From positions 50,034,001 to 50,098,000 of the forward strand of contig NC_043013.1 in the NCBI RefSeq assembly GCF_006345805.1: DNA of 64,000 nt. The letters are read 5' to 3'. The DNA comes from Octopus sinensis (taxonomy: Eukaryota). Below the pieces are notes generated by a model. That model worked only from the letters and a program-made list of their open reading frames with translations. It was not told where the DNA came from and searched no databases. Below, piece after piece: positions 58,108 through 64,000 of this stretch. Position 1 is the stretch's first letter. Each line of letters starts with the position of its first letter. The translations under genes were made by a program, and so were the position numbers.

Positions 58108-59590
58108 GGATGGTGTTTTTATGTGCCACCGACACAGGTGCCAGATGAGGCTGGCGAACGGCCACGATCGGATGGTGTTTGTTACGTGCCCACAGCACGG
58201 AGGCCAGTCGATGCGGTACTGGCTACGGCCACGTTCGGATGGTTTTCTTGTGTGCCACCGGCACTGGTACCACAAAGATACAAATTCCATTGATGTTCAT
58301 CTATTTTGATTTGATTTGATTTGATTTTCACTTGCCTCAACAGGTCTTCACAGGTCTTCACAAGTGTCACAGGAAGGAAGGAAGGTATGCACAGGGGACT
58401 GACTACGTCCCAAGTAGGGGCCACGGGTTATGGCCTGACTAGTCTTGCCGGGTCTTCGGTTGGTGTTTTTATGTGCCACCGACACAGGTGCCAGATGAGG
58501 CTGGCGAACGGCCACGATCGGATGGTGTTTGTTATGTGCCCACGTCACAGAGGCCAGTCGATGCGGTACTGGCTACGGCCACGTTCGGATGGTTTTCTTG
58601 TGTGCCAACGGTACTGGTACCACAAAGATACAAATTCCATTGATGTTCATCTATTTTGATTTGATTGTTTTGATTTGATTTGATTTGATTTTCACTTGCC
58701 TCAACAGGTCTACACAAGTGTCACACACTTGCCTCAACAGGTCTTCACAAGTGTCATAAGTAGGTGTCACACATTGCCTCAACAGGTCTTCACAAGTGTC
58801 ATAAGAGGGAAGGTATGCACAGGTGGACTGACTACGTCGCCGGGTCTTCGGATGGTGTCTTTATGTGCCACCGACACAGGTGCCAGATGAGGCTGGCGAA
58901 CGGCCACGATCAGATGGTGTTTGTTGTGCCCACAGCACGGAGGCCAGTCGATGCGGTACTGGCTACGGCCACGTTCGGATGGTTTTCTTGTGTGCCACCG
59001 GTACTGGAACCACAAAGATACAAATTCCATTGATGTTCATCTATTTTGATTTGGTTTGATTTGATTTTCACTTGCCTCAACAGGTCTTCACAAGTGTCAC
59101 ACACTTGCCTCAACAGGTCTCCACAAGTGTCACACACTTGCCTCTGCCTCAACAGGTCTTCACAAGTGTCACACACTTGCCTCAACAGGTCTTCACAAGT
59201 GTCATAAGAGGGAAGGTATGCACAGGTGGACTGACTACGTCGCCGGGTCTTCGGATGGTGTCTTTATGTGCCACCGACACAGGTGCCAGATGAGGCTGGC
59301 GAACGGCCACGATCGGATGGTGGTGTTTGTTGTGCCCACAGCACGGAGGCCAGTCGATGCGGTACTGGCTACGGCCACGTTTGGGTGGTTTTCTTGTGTG
59401 CCACCGGCACTGGTACCACAAAGAATACAATTCCACTGATGTTCATCTATTTTGATTTGTTTTGATTTGATTTTCACTTGCCTCAACAGGTCTTCATAAG
59501 TGTCACAAGAAGGAAGGTATGCACAGGAGGACTGACTATGTCCCAGGTAGGGGCTACGGGTTATGGCCTGACTAGTCTTGCCGGGTCTTC
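58108..59590 (-). repeat. Tandem array of four ~340-400-bp RTE 3'-UTR units
   Basis: Units end in gccgggtcttc at 58457, 58849, 59252 and 59590; the terminal unit ends at 58107. Confidence 0.9.
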
Positions 59591-61330
59591 TCACGCACAG
59601 CATACTTCCATAGGTCTCGGTCTCTAGACATTTCCTTAGTGAGACCTAAAGTTCGAAGGTCGTGCTTCACCACCTCGTCCCAGGTTTTCCTGGGTCTACC
59701 TCTTCCACAGGTTCCCTCAACTGCTAGGGTGTAGCACTTTTGCACACAACTATCTTCAGCCATTCTCATCACATGACCATACCAGCGCAAACGTCTCTCT
59801 TGCACACCACAACTGACGCTTCTTAGGTTCAACTTTTCTCTCAAGGAACTTACACTCTGACGATTATGAACACTGACATTACACATCCATCGGAGCATAC
59901 TGGCTTCATTTCTTGCGAGCTTACGCATATCCTCAGCAGTCACGGCCCATGTTTCACTACCATGTAGCATGGCTGTACGTACACATGCATCATACAGTCT
60001 GCCTTTTACTCTGAGCGAGAGGCCTTTTGTCACCAGCAGGGGTAAGAGCTCTCTAAACTTTGCCCAGGCTATTCTTACTCTAGCAGTTACACTTTCAGCA
60101 CACCCGCCCCCGCTACTGACTTGGTCTCCTAGGTAGCGGAAGCTATCAACTACTTCTAGTTTGTCTCCCTGGAACGTGGCAGAAGTTGGTCTCTGCACAT
60201 TTCCAGTGTTTATTGCTCCTGAGCATTTGCCACAGACAAAAACTATTTTCCTAGTTAGCCTTCCTTTGACATTGCTGCACCTCTTATGTGTCCATAGCTT
60301 ACACTTGGTGCATCTTATAGATTTCTACCTACACCTTTTTTACAGATCGAGCAGGGCCATCTACCTGAAGGCGTATGTGATTGATCTACCTTCCTACTTA
60401 TTAGGACTTTGGTTTTGGCTAGGTTGATTCTAAGGCCCTTCGATTCTAATCCTTGTTTCACACCTGAAACTTCTCCTCCAGTTCTGATAGTGACTCAGCA
60501 ATTAGAGCAAGGTCATCAGCATAGAGGAGCTCCAAGGGGCAACCTGTCTTGAATTCCTCCGTTATTGCCTGGAGGACTATGATAAATAGGAGGGGACTGA
60601 GGACTGAACCTTGGTGGACCCCAACCTCTACCCGGAATTCTTCACTGTACTCGTTGCCAACCCTCACCTTACTAGCAGCGTCTCTGTACATGGCTTGCAC
60701 AGCTCTCACCAACCATTCTTCTATCCCTAGTTTCCTCATTGACCACCAGATAAGGGATCGGGGGACCCTGTCAAAGGCTTTCTCCAAGTCAACAAAAGCC
60801 AGGTACAAGGGCTTATCTTTGGCTAGGTATTTCTCCTGCAGCTGTCTTACCAGGAATATAGCATCAGTAGTACTTTTCCCTGGCACGAACCCAAACTGCA
60901 TCTGATCTAGGCTAACTCTCTCTCTAATTAGTTGGGCTATAACCCTCTCCGTAACCTTCATTACCTGATCCAGCAGCTTGATACCCCTGTAGTTATTTGT
61001 ATCTAGGGCGTCGCCTTTACCTTTGTAGCAGTTGACTATTATGCTGCTACACCAGTCATTGGGTATGACCCCCTCGTGTATCACCTGGTAACTATACGGG
61101 TGACTAAGCTATAGCCGACACCACCAGATATTTTGAGCATCTCTGCAGTAATTCCTGATGGGCCTGGGGCTTTCCCTGTTTTCATGCTTCTAATTGCCTT
61201 ATCTACTAAGGAACTGTTAACTCGGATTGCTGGTCCCTCTGTTGGGTCGACATTCGGCAGACTCTCTTTATCCCATTCATTTTCTTCATTCAGCAACCTA
61301 TCATAGTGGCGTCTCCAAGCCTCTCTCTTT
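59572..61330 (-). pseudogene. RTE ORF2 (RT + PHD-like finger + C-terminus), three 1-nt frameshifts
   Basis: Frameshifts near 61091, 60460 and 60322 restore a continuous RT protein when corrected. Confidence 0.85.
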
Positions 61331-61512
61331 GCATCCTCATTAAGCGCAATATATATATATGCATGTATATATATATATATGCATGTATATATATGCATGT
61401 ATATATATGTATATATATATATGCATGTATATATATGTATATATATATATGCATGTATATATATGTATATATATATATGTATGTATATATATATGCATGT
61501 ATATATATGTAT

Positions 61513-61564
<52 letters not shown>

Positions 61565-61590
61565 CTATGTATATGTATATATATGTGTAT

Positions 61591-61628
<38 letters not shown>

Positions 61629-61701
61629 CTATGTATATGTATATATATGTGTATATATATATACATATATATATGTGTATATATATATCTATGTATATAT
61701 A

Positions 61702-61732
<31 letters not shown>

Positions 61733-61745
61733 GTATATATATATG

Positions 61746-61780
<35 letters not shown>

Positions 61781-61852
61781 GTGTGTATAAATATATGTAT
61801 ATATATATATATGTGTGTGTATATGCATGCATATATATATATGTATATATAA
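61330..61852. repeat. Compound (TA)n/TATG/TGCA microsatellite, ~520 bp
   Basis: Direct inspection. Confidence 0.95.
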
Positions 61853-61859
61853 TTAAAAA

Positions 61860-63955
61860 AATTTTTTAAAAATTTTTATCTAGTTTCAGCTCATTTGGTG
61901 TTGCTACATGATTTTACTTCACGAATGCTTTTTAGCAATTGTCATTTGGTGCATGAGAGAGTTTGATGCAGCTGCCCTCATCTGCACCTCCTGCCGTGAA
62001 GTTGGTTCATCTGGGACACCTGACAAAAAGAGATCCAGTTTTATTTTAAAGACATCTGCATCCACCCCATGCAGGTCTCTCAGCTTCTTCGGGAAGATAT
62101 TGAAGAGCTGTGGGCCTCGGAAGCTCAGGCTATCACAGTATCTTGTCCTACATCTTGATGGCAAATTTGGAGTCCTTGGCACTATGCAGTGGCTCCCAGT
62201 TCTGGCATTTGTGTAACTCTCGATGCCAAAGTTTGGGACAAGTCCTTCTAGGATCTTCCAGATGTATATATTATGGCATATCTTTCTCGCCTATGCTGTA
62301 AGGAATAGAGTCTCAATCTCTTGAGTCTTTCCCAATAGCTCATATGCTGAGCTTTGTTGGATCGCCTCAAGTTCTGTGATTAACTTCACACTGGATGGTG
62401 ACCATAGCTGAGAGCAATAATCAAAGTGGCTCAGGACAAGTGTCCTCCAGAGGACCATCATGGTTTCCTGGTCTCTTGTTCTAAAGGTTCTAAGAATCCA
62501 TCCGGTCAGCTGCCTACATTTCATTGCCAATTTAGCAACATGCACATGAAAGGTCGCGTCATCACTCATGTAAATACCCAGGTCTCACACTGATTGTGCC
62601 TCTAGGATTGCAATCCCTCCAGGTCCAGTGTATTTATTGGGTATTGCATTTAGTTTTGCATGCTGATAGTATACAGCTTGAAACTTTTCAGCATTGAACT
62701 GTATGCTATTCTTTTCAGCTACACGAAGAAGATATTTTGTCCAGCTCACATTGCAGGTGCTTAGTGTCTTCAGGGTTCTGTATGGCCTGTGAAACTTTTG
62801 TATCATCTGCATAACTTGTGATCGTGGCTGAGGGCATGTCTGAGACGGCCATTATGAACAGTAGTGGTCCTAAAACGGTGCCTTGCGGAACACCACTCAC
62901 TATTTGCGTGTTAATGGAAGTTGGCTATTACCACCTGACTTCTATCCTTCAGAAAGTCATGAAGCCATTCTCCCAATTTTCCAACTATGCCAAGATCACG
63001 CAGTTTGTGACATATCATTCCATGATCGACTTTATCAAAGGCCTTTGCAAAGTCGAGATATATGATTTCCACATTTGAGTGGTTGAGCAGTCGTTTCAGC
63101 ACCCAGTCATAGTGTTGTAGGAGCTGAGTTAAGCAGCTTCTTCCTGGTTGGTGGAAACCATGTTGGGTGTCAGGCAGCAAGTCATTTTCTTCAAGGAATG
63201 TGATTAGTTTCCTTCTGACTATTCGTTCCATGACCTTGCTGATGTGTGAGGTCAGAGAGATAGGTCTGTAGTTCTTGGCCTCCGCTCTGCTACCTCCTTT
63301 ATGAATAGGGCATATTTTACCTTCAGTTTTCTTGGAAGTTTGCCAGTTGCAAGGAAGCTCTGAAAGAGGAACTGCAGTGGTCTTGCTAGGACTCTCTTAT
63401 ATACTTTTAGAAGGATTGCTGGGAATCCATTGGGGCCAGTAGCTGAGTTTGTTTTCATTTCATCTATAGCCTTTATTACATTGTCTTCCTTTATATTGAT
63501 GTAATCAATCATCGCTGCCTCTGATTTTATATCTGCAGTGGTAAAGAAGTCAGTTGGATTGCTGACTTGAAAATGCTCTAGGGGTGGAGTGAAAATACTC
63601 TTGAATTGCTCATTTAGTATTTCACTTATCCTCATTGGATTTCCTGTGAGTGTACCATCCTTTTCAAGGAGTGGCCCTATCCTACAGTGCACCTTAGCTG
63701 TTTCTTTGGCATACCTGTAGAAAGCTCTGGGGTTAGATTTTATGTTGTCTATAGCCCAGGCTTCTTTGTCTGCTCTTTCTTTTTCATGGGAGAGTTTTCA
63801 ATTTCTAACAGTTTTATTTTCAGGCGGGACTTTTCACTGCTTTCAATGTGTTTGTTTAGGCGATTTGAAATTTTTGTATGCCGTCTCATTAGAATTTTCC
63901 TCTCTCTGGGGATATTGTTCTTGTGTACAGTGGCCTTTCTCTCTGGGACACATTT
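61860..63955 (-). mobile_element. Decayed CR1-group (CR1/L2-like) LINE
   Basis: ORF pieces with QHGF..GRSCLTQLL, YLDFAKAFDKVDH, SGVPQGTVLGPLLF, YADD and a KIKLDLFLSGVPDEP C-terminus; several frameshifts. Confidence 0.85.
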
Positions 63956-64000
63956 GTAGCATATATATATATATATATATATATATGTAAAAATAAAAAT

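Larger units (their letters stand above)
57491..61330 (-). mobile_element. 5'-truncated RTE-clade LINE with tandemly amplified 3' UTR
   Basis: RT ORF pieces 61081-61398, 60458-61084 and 59572-60198 (GVHQGSVLSPLLF, YADD, GRPRKTW); 3' UTR ends in a (GAT)n tail at 57491. Confidence 0.92.

Overview
Eukaryotic, AT-rich, repeat-dense DNA. The SINE/LINE content and (TA)n microsatellites suggest a cephalopod (Octopus-like) genome; this is inference. One large plus-strand gene spans 805-53509. I reconstructed 20 GT-AG exons by hand with an unbroken reading-frame chain (4630 nt, about 1540 aa, 5' end outside the window). It encodes a NO VEIN/sacsin-like protein ending in a DUF3883 (NOV_C) PD-(D/E)xK nuclease domain with intact catalytic residues, an architecture reminiscent of bacterial ATPase-nuclease defence proteins. 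The introns and 3' flank hold three tRNA-headed SINE families and about 20 copies of an RTE LINE 3' end made of tandem stem-loops. They also hold RTE, R4/Dong (RLE) and CR1-group LINE fragments, piggyBac derivatives, Helitrons, a Merlin-like MITE and a foldback element. Two Penelope-type remnants carry minimal hammerhead ribozymes, including an inverted pair. No CRISPR array, rRNA or genuine tRNA gene is supported. Repeat boundaries are approximate unless TSDs or TIRs are quoted.
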